This document shows positions 43,133 to 52,658 of a stretch of DNA of 64,000 bases, piece after piece. The notes beneath the pieces were generated by a model. It ran no database searches and was not told the DNA's origin. It saw only the letters and a program-made list of their open reading frames with translations. Source of the DNA: an uncultured SAR86 cluster bacterium. Lineage in GTDB: Bacteria; Pseudomonadota; Gammaproteobacteria; Magnimaribacterales; AG-339-G14. The position numbers were made by a program, and so were the translations under genes. The stretch is taken from positions 541,083 to 605,082 of the forward strand of contig CACJUN010000001.1 of the NCBI GenBank assembly GCA_902596665.1. Reading direction: 5' to 3'. The stretch's first letter is position 1. Each line of letters starts with the position of its first letter.

Positions 43133-45619
43133 TTATTCTAGAAAAAATATTTTGTTTGGCTTAATAGCTGCCATTACCAACTCTCTTTGCTCATCTTCAT
43201 CAAGCTTATAAAAATTATCTGGACATTCAAATTCATCTTCTCCAAGTTTAATTACTTTTTTAAATTTAAATGCTTTTCCCAATTTTTTTATCTTTATTCC
43301 TATAGGGATCTTTGATTCCTCTTCGAAACCTAGAATCCTTAGGGCTTTCAGAACCTTGATTTGATCTCCTTCATCCTGATAATTAAAAGTATCAGGGTCG
43401 TAAGTGACTCTTCCCTTAAGTTTTGTAGCCTTATTAAATCCATTGAATTCAGTGTATTCTCCAAATCTTCCATTTTTTAAAGTCACAGCAATACCACTGT
43501 TTGGTTCTATAAACAAAATGTTCTCTTTGTTAGATCTATCAATTAGTTCAAGCGCTCTATTGAGTCCGATTTCGAGAATATCCTCATCCTCATCTGGTGT
43601 TCCAAATATCTTTTTTTCCTCATTCAACGTCCATATGCAAGGACCATTTATGCTTATATCAGCAAAAACAGGCTGACCTGTATCAGGATGAACGCCGAGA
43701 TCTTTTGGTAGTTGAGCATATGTTTCAAATTTTATTGCTTTCTCAAACACTGGCTTCGTCCATTGACATTCTCCACATCCAACAAAAAAACCCCACCTAC
43801 CGTGTTTTATACTAATCTCGCTAGAACATTTTGGACAACTAGTAACAACAACATCCTTATTATTTTTTGGAAAAGCTCTATGTCCGATTTGTTCATTAAG
43901 CATATCTAAAACTTCTCTAGTCCTGAATTCTTCTATTTTTGAAATATGCTCCAGTAGTTTGGCAAAAAAATCATCTAAGACATCTGTCCAAAGGATTGAG
44001 CCTGAGGATACCTGATCTAAGCTTTTCTCTAACTCCGCAGTAAAATCTATTTCGATAAAGAAAGATTCATATGCTTTTGATAAATATGAAACCAAAATCC
44101 TTCCTAAATCAGACGGATTAATGCTTTTTGCACCAAAAGTATATTTCCTATCTCTAAGATTTTTTACTGTATTTGCATAAGTTGAAGGTCTCCCAATTCC
44201 TTCATCTTCCATATTCTTTATAAGTGATGCTTCCGAAAATCTTCTTGGAGGAGAAGTAAATTTTTGTTCAGTGACCACTTCATTAATTTCAAGGGATGAG
44301 TCTTGATAAATTCTTGGTAATTTTTGAGATTCTTCAGAGCCCTCATCATCATTTAATACTTTCTCAAAACCATCAAATATTATTTCTCTTCCGCTTGTTC
44401 TGAACTGAAACTTTTTATCTTGATCTTCAATCAAGATTGTTTTTCTAAGATATCTTGAGTTTTGTAATTGGCTGGCAACTGTTCTTTGCCAAATAAGATT
44501 ATATAGATTCTGCTGATCTTGATTTAATCCATTAGTATTTTCTGGTTTATTACTGATGTCTGTTGGTCTTATTGGTTCGTGAGCTTCTTGAGCATTAGCT
44601 GCTTTTGATTTATATATTTTGGGGCTTTCGGGAAGATAATCTTTTCCAAATTCTGATGAAATCAAATTCCTTATTTCATTTACAATCTCTGTGCTTATTC
44701 CTATTCCATCGGTTCTCATATAGGTAATCAAACCAGCCTCATATAAAGATTGGGCTACTTGCATTGTTCTCTCTGGATTAAAGAATAATTTACTTGATGC
44801 AGTTTGTTGAAGAGTAGATGTTCTGAAAGGAGCTTTTGGAGAATATGAGACTTCCTTTTCTTGAATCTCAGAAACGGAGAATTTTGTATTCTCTATTTCA
44901 TGTCTAAAGTTATGAGCTTCTTCCTCAGCTTTAATTGGTATCTTTTTTAAGTCATCCCCATTACATCTCACCAAGTCTGAGCTAAAAATATGATCTTCAG
45001 TTTTAAAATCAACTTTTATAGGCCAAAACTCTTCTGGGCAAAAAGCATCAATTTCATCTTCTCTTTCACAAATTATCCTCAAGGTTGGAGATTGAACTCT
45101 ACCCGCTGATTTTGCTCTAGGAACGTGCCTCCACAAAAGTGGACTGACTTTGAAACCAATCAAGTGATCTAAAACTCTTCTTGCTAGATAAGCGTCAACA
45201 AGAAATTGATCGATTTCTCTTGGGTTATCTACTGCCTGTTTTATTGCGGATTGAGTTATCTCATTAAAGGATATTCTATAAATTTCTTTGCCATCTGAGA
45301 GTTTTTTGCTGCTTAGGTGATCTAAGATATGCCAGGCGATAGCCTCGCCTTCCCTATCTGGATCAGATGCTAAATATATCCCCGTGGAGTCTTTAGCAAA
45401 TTCTCTAATCTCCTTGAGAGTCTTTTTTCCTTTTGATGTTGATTCCCATTTAAGATTTGACCAGTCTTTAGGATCCACTGCGGATTCATCATCTTTTAAG
45501 TCTCTCACGTGACCCAAGCATGCATGAACATTCCACTTATCGTTAGGAAAGCTCTTTTCTAAGAATCCTTGAATTTTTTTTGCTTTGGCCTGAGACTCTA
45601 CTATTACCAAGTTATTCAT
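43133..45619 (-). CDS. topA: DNA topoisomerase I
   Basis: LVIVES; GHVRDL; LASDPDREGEAIAWH; SAGRVQS; LITYMRTD (catalytic Tyr); GIGRPSTY; one C-terminal zinc ribbon plus HPDTG/GRFG repeats. Confidence 0.96.
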   Translation of the reverse strand: MNNLVIVESQAKAKKIQGFLEKSFPNDKWNVHACLGHVRDLKDDESAVDPKDWSNLKWESTSKGKKTLKEIREFAKDSTGIYLASDPDREGEAIAWHILDHLSSKKLSDGKEIYRISFNEITQSAIKQAVDNPREIDQFLVDAYLARRVLDHLIGFKVSPLLWRHVPRAKSAGRVQSPTLRIICEREDEIDAFCPEEFWPIKVDFKTEDHIFSSDLVRCNGDDLKKIPIKAEEEAHNFRHEIENTKFSVSEIQEKEVSYSPKAPFRTSTLQQTASSKLFFNPERTMQVAQSLYEAGLITYMRTDGIGISTEIVNEIRNLISSEFGKDYLPESPKIYKSKAANAQEAHEPIRPTDISNKPENTNGLNQDQQNLYNLIWQRTVASQLQNSRYLRKTILIEDQDKKFQFRTSGREIIFDGFEKVLNDDEGSEESQKLPRIYQDSSLEINEVVTEQKFTSPPRRFSEASLIKNMEDEGIGRPSTYANTVKNLRDRKYTFGAKSINPSDLGRILVSYLSKAYESFFIEIDFTAELEKSLDQVSSGSILWTDVLDDFFAKLLEHISKIEEFRTREVLDMLNEQIGHRAFPKNNKDVVVTSCPKCSSEISIKHGRWGFFVGCGECQWTKPVFEKAIKFETYAQLPKDLGVHPDTGQPVFADISINGPCIWTLNEEKKIFGTPDEDEDILEIGLNRALELIDRSNKENILFIEPNSGIAVTLKNGRFGEYTEFNGFNKATKLKGRVTYDPDTFNYQDEGDQIKVLKALRILGFEEESKIPIGIKIKKLGKAFKFKKVIKLGEDEFECPDNFYKLDEDEQRELVMAAIKPNKIFFLE

Positions 45620-45652
45620 CTTTTTTAGTTTTGTCTTAATTTATTTTTTTTG

Positions 45653-46663
45653 TCAAGACCAAGGCAATAGATCATCTATAACTTGGGGGCCTTCGTAAAT
45701 AAAGCTTGTGTAAATCTGAAAAAGATCTGCACCATGTTTTCGTCTTTGTTGAAGGTCTTCTTTTGTTGAAATGCCCCCAGAAGATATAACCAATCCTCTT
45801 TTAGCATTAATTTTGTTGACAATTTGAAGCATTTTTACTGATTTATTTTTAAGTAAACCTCCACTAATACCGCCAGCAATATTTTTAAATTCACCTAAGG
45901 AAGTATTTGAAACAATAAATCCAGATATATTATTCTTCAACGAGCACTCTATGATTTGTTCTATTCTTTCTTCGTTTTCGTCTGGAGAAATTTTTAGAAA
46001 TATTGGGGTAATTTTATTTAGATCTTCATGGAGTTTGGTAACCTCTGAACTTATCTCAAAAATTAGTCTATTAAAATAATCTTCTCTTGATAGTTTTCTA
46101 AGTCCCTCAGTGTTGGGGGAAGAAATATTTAAAGCAATATAATCTGCAATAGGATAAGCCTTTTGAAGACAATAAATATAATCTAAATGAGCAGATTCAA
46201 GAGAAGTTTTTCTATTTTTTCCAATGCTTACACCGACAACCCCATTAAAATTACTCCTATTTCTTCTTAAATTTTCTAATCCGATGTCGATTCCTGGATT
46301 ATTGAACCCCAATCTGTTAATCAAAGAATTCTTGGATTTTAGTCTTTTAACTCTTGGATATTCATTTCCCTTTTGTGGAAGGGGTGTAAAAGTCCCGACT
46401 TCAATGAAGCCAAATCCTAAATTTCCTAAAGACTCAACATATTTTCCCTCTTTATCTAGTCCAGCTCCTAAGCCGATCCTGTTTGGAAAATTTAGATCGA
46501 AAAAACTAATGTTTTTATTTTTAGTCTTTTCCTGATAACTCTTCACAATATAAGATCTGAAAATCAAAAAAAATAGTTTATTGATTTTTAAAGATAAATT
46601 ACTAGAGACTTCAGGGGGTAGAAGTCTTAAAACTTTCAAGCTTAAATTTATAATTACATTCAT
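45653..46663 (-). CDS. pyrD: Dihydroorotate dehydrogenase (quinone), class 2
   Basis: FPNRIGLGAGLDK; GTFTPLPQKGN; LINRLGFNNPG; NISSPNT; FLKISPD; GGISG. Confidence 0.95.
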   Translation of the reverse strand: MNVIINLSLKVLRLLPPEVSSNLSLKINKLFFLIFRSYIVKSYQEKTKNKNISFFDLNFPNRIGLGAGLDKEGKYVESLGNLGFGFIEVGTFTPLPQKGNEYPRVKRLKSKNSLINRLGFNNPGIDIGLENLRRNRSNFNGVVGVSIGKNRKTSLESAHLDYIYCLQKAYPIADYIALNISSPNTEGLRKLSREDYFNRLIFEISSEVTKLHEDLNKITPIFLKISPDENEERIEQIIECSLKNNISGFIVSNTSLGEFKNIAGGISGGLLKNKSVKMLQIVNKINAKRGLVISSGGISTKEDLQQRRKHGADLFQIYTSFIYEGPQVIDDLLPWS

Positions 46664-46749
46664 ATGAATTAAGAAAAAATTATAATACTAACTAAGTTCT
46701 TATGAAATTTCGGTAAAAATTAAGTCTGGTCAAAAAAGTAAAAAATATA

Positions 46750-46778
46750 TTCACAAATGCTTAAAATATATATATTAT
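46750..46778 (+). promoter_or_regulatory. Near-consensus sigma70 promoter for the YjbE-like gene
   Basis: TTCACA (46750-46755), 17-nt spacer, TATTAT (46773-46778); SD GAGGT at 46810-46814. Confidence 0.65.
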
Positions 46779-46819
46779 GGCAACATCTCTGGGACGAGAA
46801 ATTTTAATTGAGGTAAATT

Positions 46820-47191
46820 ATGAAATTACTAAAAGTACTCACAATAGCTTTCTGCATGATTTTTGCTCCTTTATCTTTCACCCAATCTGGTGGAGCTGGA
46901 GGTTCAAGTGCATCTGGAGCTGCTGGTTCTTTATCCAGTGGTGTAATAGCTGCGATAGCTGCAGCTGTTCTAGCAGTCGCTGCAATTGTTGATGCTCAAG
47001 ATGGGGATAAAGTAGCTAAGCCAGAACCCATTCCTGCTATAGAAGAAGAGGAAGAAGTCGAAGAAGAAGAGGAAGTTGAAGAAGAGGAAGAAGCTGAAGT
47101 CGAAACTGAAACAGCAACTACAACTGTTACGGCAACCGCTCCTGCTACTTCTACTACAACTTCAACAGCAACAGCTACATCTACAAACTAA
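46820..47191 (+). CDS. Secreted low-complexity protein (Gly/Ala-, Glu- and Thr-rich), YjbE/GfcA-like
   Basis: Signal-peptide-like N-terminus, Gly/Ser/Ala segment, hydrophobic VIAAIAAAVLAVAAIV, Glu-rich block and Thr-rich tail. Has its own promoter, SD and terminator, and lies beside yjbF/yjbH-like genes. Confidence 0.75.
   Translation: MKLLKVLTIAFCMIFAPLSFTQSGGAGGSSASGAAGSLSSGVIAAIAAAVLAVAAIVDAQDGDKVAKPEPIPAIEEEEEVEEEEEVEEEEEAEVETETATTTVTATAPATSTTTSTATATSTN
47042..47095 (+). repeat. Three imperfect 18-bp tandem repeats encoding EEEEEV-EEEEEV-EEEEEA
   Basis: GAAGAAGAGGAAGAAGTC / GAAGAAGAAGAGGAAGTT / GAAGAAGAGGAAGAAGCT. Confidence 0.85.
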
Positions 47192-47208
47192 GCAATCTCA
47201 ATTTTTAC

Positions 47209-47234
47209 AAAAAGCCTGTTTATTCAGGCTTTTT
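47209..47234. terminator. Bidirectional intrinsic terminator
   Basis: AAAAAGCCTG-TTTATT-CAGGCTTTTT: perfect inverted repeat with T tracts on both strands, between convergent genes. Confidence 0.8.
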
Positions 47235-47900
47235 GTACTTTCGAGTAATAGTAAAAAATAACTTAGGATTTTTAGGGGTAAAACTTTGAATAGATTTCAG
47301 TACTGATTTATCTTTTTTATCAATCCAATATAAATTAGTAAATTCCCAGAAAATATCATTTTTTCTAGAAGTCTCCTCAAATAATAAAGTTTCAACCTCT
47401 TGACCCATTATCAATAATTCTTCTTCTCCTAAATACTTGAATTCAATTTTTACTGGAAGATTGTAGAGATTTGGATTTCTAAAATTATAAAAAGTTGTTA
47501 GAGACATATCCAAGTCTGAATCAAGTAGATCAGGATTTAGTAGAGGATGATTTGAGCCTATATCAAGTAAATCTAACTCATTTTCTGTGCCAGTTAGTCT
47601 GATTATCTTGCCATTTTTGGTATAAATTTTTATTTGATTTGACGAAGTCCATTTAAGCAGTCCTTGCCTATCTTCCTCTAATACCACCAAAACATTTGGA
47701 GCCCTGCCTAGCCTAACCTGCATAGATGCATAAGGAACCTTATTAATTTGTTCTATACTCAAATCCTGAGGAGCGGAAAAAATATCTTTTACTGCAAGTG
47801 CCAATTCCTCGTATATTCCTGTGTGACCTCCACAGGAGAATAAAAAAATACTTAAAATTCCAGTAAAAAAAATTTTCAAATTATTCGGCCTCAAACCCAT
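47220..47900 (-). CDS. YjbF/GfcB family lipoprotein (group 4 capsule)
   Basis: Lipobox LFSC; VPYASMQVRLG; LKWTSS..IYTKNGKIIRLTG; FTNLYWID...SIQ; adjacent to a YjbH-like gene. Confidence 0.82.
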   Translation of the reverse strand: MGLRPNNLKIFFTGILSIFLFSCGGHTGIYEELALAVKDIFSAPQDLSIEQINKVPYASMQVRLGRAPNVLVVLEEDRQGLLKWTSSNQIKIYTKNGKIIRLTGTENELDLLDIGSNHPLLNPDLLDSDLDMSLTTFYNFRNPNLYNLPVKIEFKYLGEEELLIMGQEVETLLFEETSRKNDIFWEFTNLYWIDKKDKSVLKSIQSFTPKNPKLFFTITRKYKKPE

Positions 47901-50034
47901 AAGTATCTTTGATTAAATTATGATAGTTAGCTGATTCTACAATTCCATCGAGTTGCAAACCTCCTCCTAACATTTGTCCTCCATCCCTTGTTAAATTTCT
48001 CCATAGAAATCTTCCATAGCCTTCCCTATACTGTTTGGAAACAATATCAAGCGGTATAGAAAAAAATATTCCTTTATCAAAACTTCCTTCACCAAATTCC
48101 TCTGCTGAAATATCTGTTTTAGTTGCAAACGCTCCTACTACAAAGCCCGATTTAAAAGTTTTAGATAATTTCAAAGTAATGCCAGAATCCTTTGCAAGAT
48201 ATCTTCCTGCTGAAAGTCCTACTTTGAATCCTTCTAATGGAGTTTCCCATGTAAAGTTCAGATGACCTGTAAAGGTCTCATAGTCTCTGAGAGCAAATTT
48301 TTGTCTGAACTCTCTTTGTTTTACCCAATAAGCATTTGCGCTTATGTACCAAGGTTTTCCCATATCTCTATATAGTATTTCACTTCCAATTCCGGAGTAC
48401 ATTGTTTCAAAGATTCCAAATTTAAGCCCGTAAACAAACAAACCATTTTTTTTATATACAGGATCAAAAATATGAGTAAGTGTTAAACGCGAAATGCCTC
48501 TTTTTCCTTCTTTCAAATACTCTCGAATGTCGGATCGAACTTTAGGAAGATACTTGGAGTAAGTACGAAACTTGAAATCATCAAAATTATCATAAAAATT
48601 AAAAGATAAACTTCCATCAAGAAAGGTCTGTTTTGAAAATAAAACACCGCCATGTAAAAGCAATCCAAGGGAACCTAAATAAAAAGCCTCTGGGCCTCCA
48701 ATATGATTTTGTAAATTTGGACTTATCCCCCAGTTAAAGGATGGAAAGATGATTTTGCCTTTAAATATTTGATTATCTGCCAAATTAGATGAAAAATTTT
48801 CATAATTTAGAGATCTTTTTAAAGATTTATAGGAAGTGGCATTATCGAGATAGGCTAAGAAATCATTTAGTCTAAAATTTTTAGTATATTTATTGATTCC
48901 AGCTACTTCATAGGTCAAAGATACTTTCTCTATATTTCGAGCCTTAAGTATATTTCTGATGACCTGTATTGTTCTTTTAGTAGCTAAATTTTCATTTCTA
49001 TACTTCGTTTGACTTAAAATTAAGTGAATAGAGTTATCTTTGTAATTAATTTGTTGTAGAAAAATTTCATATTTTTGAAGATAGAAGTTTATTGTTCCTC
49101 CGAATACTTGATCATCAGTAGCCAGAAGCTCTAAATCGCTCTCATTGAAAACTAAATCAACCGCTTTTTCTTCTTTTTTTACAATATTCCTTGAGTAATT
49201 TGCTTTATAAGAAAAAGATAAACCAATATCTTGGCCTCTTATTCTAAATAAATTAATGTCTACAAGATCACCAATAGGAATAGCTAAGCCATAATTAAAA
49301 AAACTTTTTTTCCTCATCCTTACGTAAGAATTGAATAATTCTGACTCATCGTAATCTAACTTAAATCTAATACCTGATCTTTTATTCAAATACTCAAATC
49401 CATAGAAAGATGAAGCTTTTTTTCCTCTAAACCAATTCCCTAAACCAAAATTTCCACCAATTCTATCTATGTAACCTCTTCTAGAAAATGAATCATCTAG
49501 ATCAATGAATGGATTTTCAATTCCATCAAGAGATGACATTGCTCCAAAACCTAAACCGACAGAAAAATCAAAATCACCTATTTTTTTTGATGCAACAATA
49601 TATTCGCTTGAAAATCTTCCGGTTCCTACAAAGTCTCTAAACCCAATGCTTAATTCAGGAAATCTTTCTGTTTCTTGAATTAATCTCAGTTTCATATTGA
49701 AGCTTTTATCCTTGTAACTTTGATTGCCAGAGAAGGAAAAATACCTACTGTATTTATAAAGGTTTACATCTGCGTATCTCAATGAAACCTCCATCCAGTT
49801 AAAAGGAGTTGCAGTCATGAAAAGTGAATTTATAGGATCTGAATTAACAAGATGTAATTTTAAATTTCCTTCCTCTAGAATCCTTGATGAGGGTATTTCT
49901 ATTATTCCAAGTTCACCATGGATATTTGAGGTAAAACCTATGTCAGAAAATATATAGTCCTCAATGGAAGAGAAACTGAATGAAGAAACCAGAAACAGTA
50001 AAAGTGAAAGTTTTAGTTTAATTGTTGTTACCAA
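47881..50034 (-). CDS. YjbH/GfcD family outer-membrane beta-barrel protein
   Basis: GIIEIPSSR; TPFNWMEVSLRY; YKDKSFNMKLRL; DFVGTGRFSSEYIVASK; GRYLAKDSGIT; FGEGSFDKGIFFSIPLD. Confidence 0.9.
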   Translation of the reverse strand: MVTTIKLKLSLLLFLVSSFSFSSIEDYIFSDIGFTSNIHGELGIIEIPSSRILEEGNLKLHLVNSDPINSLFMTATPFNWMEVSLRYADVNLYKYSRYFSFSGNQSYKDKSFNMKLRLIQETERFPELSIGFRDFVGTGRFSSEYIVASKKIGDFDFSVGLGFGAMSSLDGIENPFIDLDDSFSRRGYIDRIGGNFGLGNWFRGKKASSFYGFEYLNKRSGIRFKLDYDESELFNSYVRMRKKSFFNYGLAIPIGDLVDINLFRIRGQDIGLSFSYKANYSRNIVKKEEKAVDLVFNESDLELLATDDQVFGGTINFYLQKYEIFLQQINYKDNSIHLILSQTKYRNENLATKRTIQVIRNILKARNIEKVSLTYEVAGINKYTKNFRLNDFLAYLDNATSYKSLKRSLNYENFSSNLADNQIFKGKIIFPSFNWGISPNLQNHIGGPEAFYLGSLGLLLHGGVLFSKQTFLDGSLSFNFYDNFDDFKFRTYSKYLPKVRSDIREYLKEGKRGISRLTLTHIFDPVYKKNGLFVYGLKFGIFETMYSGIGSEILYRDMGKPWYISANAYWVKQREFRQKFALRDYETFTGHLNFTWETPLEGFKVGLSAGRYLAKDSGITLKLSKTFKSGFVVGAFATKTDISAEEFGEGSFDKGIFFSIPLDIVSKQYREGYGRFLWRNLTRDGGQMLGGGLQLDGIVESANYHNLIKDTYGFEAE

Positions 50035-52657
50035 GAGCTGCTATAGCTGCTGCGCTTGTAGCAAAATTTGAAATAATTGGAAAAAGAATATTTGTAAAGA
50101 CAAGCCAGTCAAAAGGATTTGGATCTCTTGGAATAATTAGTGAAGTACCTGGTGATATATCCGGTTGATTAGGCCATGCTCTAACTCTTGTTGCCATTCC
50201 ATTAGGATAAATAACCAAAATTCTATTTCTATCTGCGCCCTCCTGATACCCGCCAGCTAGCTGAATATAATCATTTACTTTAAACTTAGGGTTGAAGTTA
50301 AAGCTTGTCGGCGAAAGAACTTGGCCTGAAACAGTTACCGTGGATGATCTTTCAGGTACAAAAATTCTGTCTCCTGACTCCAAGAGAATATCTCTTTCTG
50401 GATATTTCTCTAAATTATCTATATCAAATTCCGAAACGACTCTTCCAATAGGATTAATCTTTTCTAAATCACCTATTAGACTGGAAATTGAAGAAAGTAC
50501 CAAAGCAGGATTTCCTCCAGAAGATGAAATTCTTCCGCTTGATATAGCAGATGCCACAGACTCTTTTAGTTGATCTGCTGATTTCATAAATCCTATTTTT
50601 TCCTTCTCTGCTACTGATTTTCTAGCCAATATGCCTCCATAAGGAAATGCATTTTCCTTATAGCCTCCTGCTCTTTTAATTACACTTGAAAGCCTTTCTC
50701 CTTGCCTAACCCCATAGACACCAGGACTTACAAAGGATCCTTGCAGACTAACAGAAAAGACTTCCTCTCTAATCTTTGAGGATATATTTGCGTAAAAACC
50801 ACTTTCGATACCCAATTCTCTGAAGTTTTGCATTTTTTTGAGATCTAAATTAAAAGATTTTCCATCATGTGTGAAAATATCCATCATGCCAGAAGAACTA
50901 TCAGTCTGACCTCCAGCATATGAAAGGAGATCTAACGGAGATGAAACCATGTATGAAGGAAAAATACCTGGATTTCTTACTTCGCCTGAAATAATAGAAG
51001 AATTTTCGAGTGAGAAAACTAGCAAATTAGGATTTGCTTCAAAAATTTCTGGACATTTATCTATGAATTTTAATTCATCAATTGGACTAAAGTTTGATTT
51101 AGGAAACTGCTTTGATTTGACAAATTTTATTGTTGACGAATCAGACTGTTTTGATAAAAGTTGTAGAGATTTACATTTATATTTTTCCAGATCTTCATTC
51201 TCGGATTTATTACTTCTCGCTGGAATGAAATTATTAGCATCTAATTCTGAACCATTCATCCGAGAGTTGTTATTAGCATTGTCAACGGATATTTTTAACT
51301 CAGGATTCAAATAATCATTAAGCTTTTCAGAGTCTTCGGCATCTAGAACGCCAAGGGCATTTGCTACCAATATAGAGTTGATAAATTCTATGTCAGATCT
51401 AGAAAAAATATAGATTATGTCATTAGCTTGAAGAAAAGTTTTATTTTCTTTAGAAAGAAGATTCGATTTAAGCAATTTTTTTGATCCATATATATTTTCT
51501 CTTTCAATCGCTACAAATGGAGTATAAGTTGTTTCGAGAATAAAACTCGGGTTAATAATATCTTCCAAGGTCAGTCCATCTTCAAATGCAATAGATCCAT
51601 TGATAGAAGTACTTCCTTTGACAAGAATTTTATTTCTTGGAGTATTAGAAAGTGAATGGATCCTTATTTCATCTCCATCGGTGAATTTTATTTTTTCTGC
51701 TTCTTCATATGAAAAGTTATCAAAAATTCTTTCACCATTTTCAGCAATTCTGCTTAAAGTTATTTTGGATTTATCTGCATTTTGGGTAAAGCCTGAAGAA
51801 AATTCTAAGAGATCTGAAAAGGTTTCTGATTCTAATAACTCGAATTTAGCTTGTTTCTTAACCTCTCCAACTATAGAGACAGTAATTCCGGTGGGTTTAA
51901 TTAATACTGCATCATTTGATTGAAGTCTGATGTCACTTTTTGTATTCCCATTTATCAATAAATCATAAAAATCAAATAAGCCTATAGAGTCTCCATTTCT
52001 TTTGACTTCTATATTCCGCAAAGATCCATAATCTGAAGGACCTCCAGCAAAAAATAAAACATTCGATATATTTGAAAGTGAACTTACGGTATATGCTCCT
52101 GGATTTAAAGCATTCCCAAGAACAAATACTTGAATCGATCTAATTTTTGACAAAGATATCTCAACCTCTACACCGATAAGAGAGGCTTCAACACTTGATC
52201 TTATTCTTTCCTGAGCCTCATTGAATGTTAAGCCTGAAATTTGCCTAGAACCTATCTCTGGAAGAAGAATGTTACCTTCTCTAGTTACTCTAATTAATCC
52301 TTGAAAATTAATATTGCCAAAATATTTCAATAATAGCTCATCGCCAGGGCCTAAAACATAATCTAAAGGGGCAGGAGAAAAATCAAGTGGCGCAAAAGTT
52401 GTTGGAGAAGTTGAAAAAAGATCTAATCCAAAAATTTCTATTTCATCAGATTCACGCATCTCTTTCTTGATAGAACTTTCAAAGACTGGTTCATCTTCGC
52501 TTATAAAATTATTCGAAGGAATCCTTGATGCAATATCATTTGATTGATTTTCAGGAAACAATTCTAAATATTCTAAATCGGAATTAGTTTGAGAGTTAAC
52601 TAAAGGGTTTAAAACTAAAAGAATTAGCAACCAATTAAATTTTAAAATTGTTCTCAC
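50018..52657 (-). CDS. Large polysaccharide export protein with multiple SLBB domains (OtnA/WbfF/Wza-like)
   Basis: IFGLDLF; DYVLGPGDEL; IQVFVLG...PGAYTVSSLS..LFFAGG; repeated SLBB units (GEVRNPG, GSFVSPGVY, GQVLSP). GTG start. Confidence 0.88.
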   Translation of the reverse strand: MRTILKFNWLLILLVLNPLVNSQTNSDLEYLELFPENQSNDIASRIPSNNFISEDEPVFESSIKKEMRESDEIEIFGLDLFSTSPTTFAPLDFSPAPLDYVLGPGDELLLKYFGNINFQGLIRVTREGNILLPEIGSRQISGLTFNEAQERIRSSVEASLIGVEVEISLSKIRSIQVFVLGNALNPGAYTVSSLSNISNVLFFAGGPSDYGSLRNIEVKRNGDSIGLFDFYDLLINGNTKSDIRLQSNDAVLIKPTGITVSIVGEVKKQAKFELLESETFSDLLEFSSGFTQNADKSKITLSRIAENGERIFDNFSYEEAEKIKFTDGDEIRIHSLSNTPRNKILVKGSTSINGSIAFEDGLTLEDIINPSFILETTYTPFVAIERENIYGSKKLLKSNLLSKENKTFLQANDIIYIFSRSDIEFINSILVANALGVLDAEDSEKLNDYLNPELKISVDNANNNSRMNGSELDANNFIPARSNKSENEDLEKYKCKSLQLLSKQSDSSTIKFVKSKQFPKSNFSPIDELKFIDKCPEIFEANPNLLVFSLENSSIISGEVRNPGIFPSYMVSSPLDLLSYAGGQTDSSSGMMDIFTHDGKSFNLDLKKMQNFRELGIESGFYANISSKIREEVFSVSLQGSFVSPGVYGVRQGERLSSVIKRAGGYKENAFPYGGILARKSVAEKEKIGFMKSADQLKESVASAISSGRISSSGGNPALVLSSISSLIGDLEKINPIGRVVSEFDIDNLEKYPERDILLESGDRIFVPERSSTVTVSGQVLSPTSFNFNPKFKVNDYIQLAGGYQEGADRNRILVIYPNGMATRVRAWPNQPDISPGTSLIIPRDPNPFDWLVFTNILFPIISNFATSAAAIAALGNNN

Positions 52658-52658
52658 C

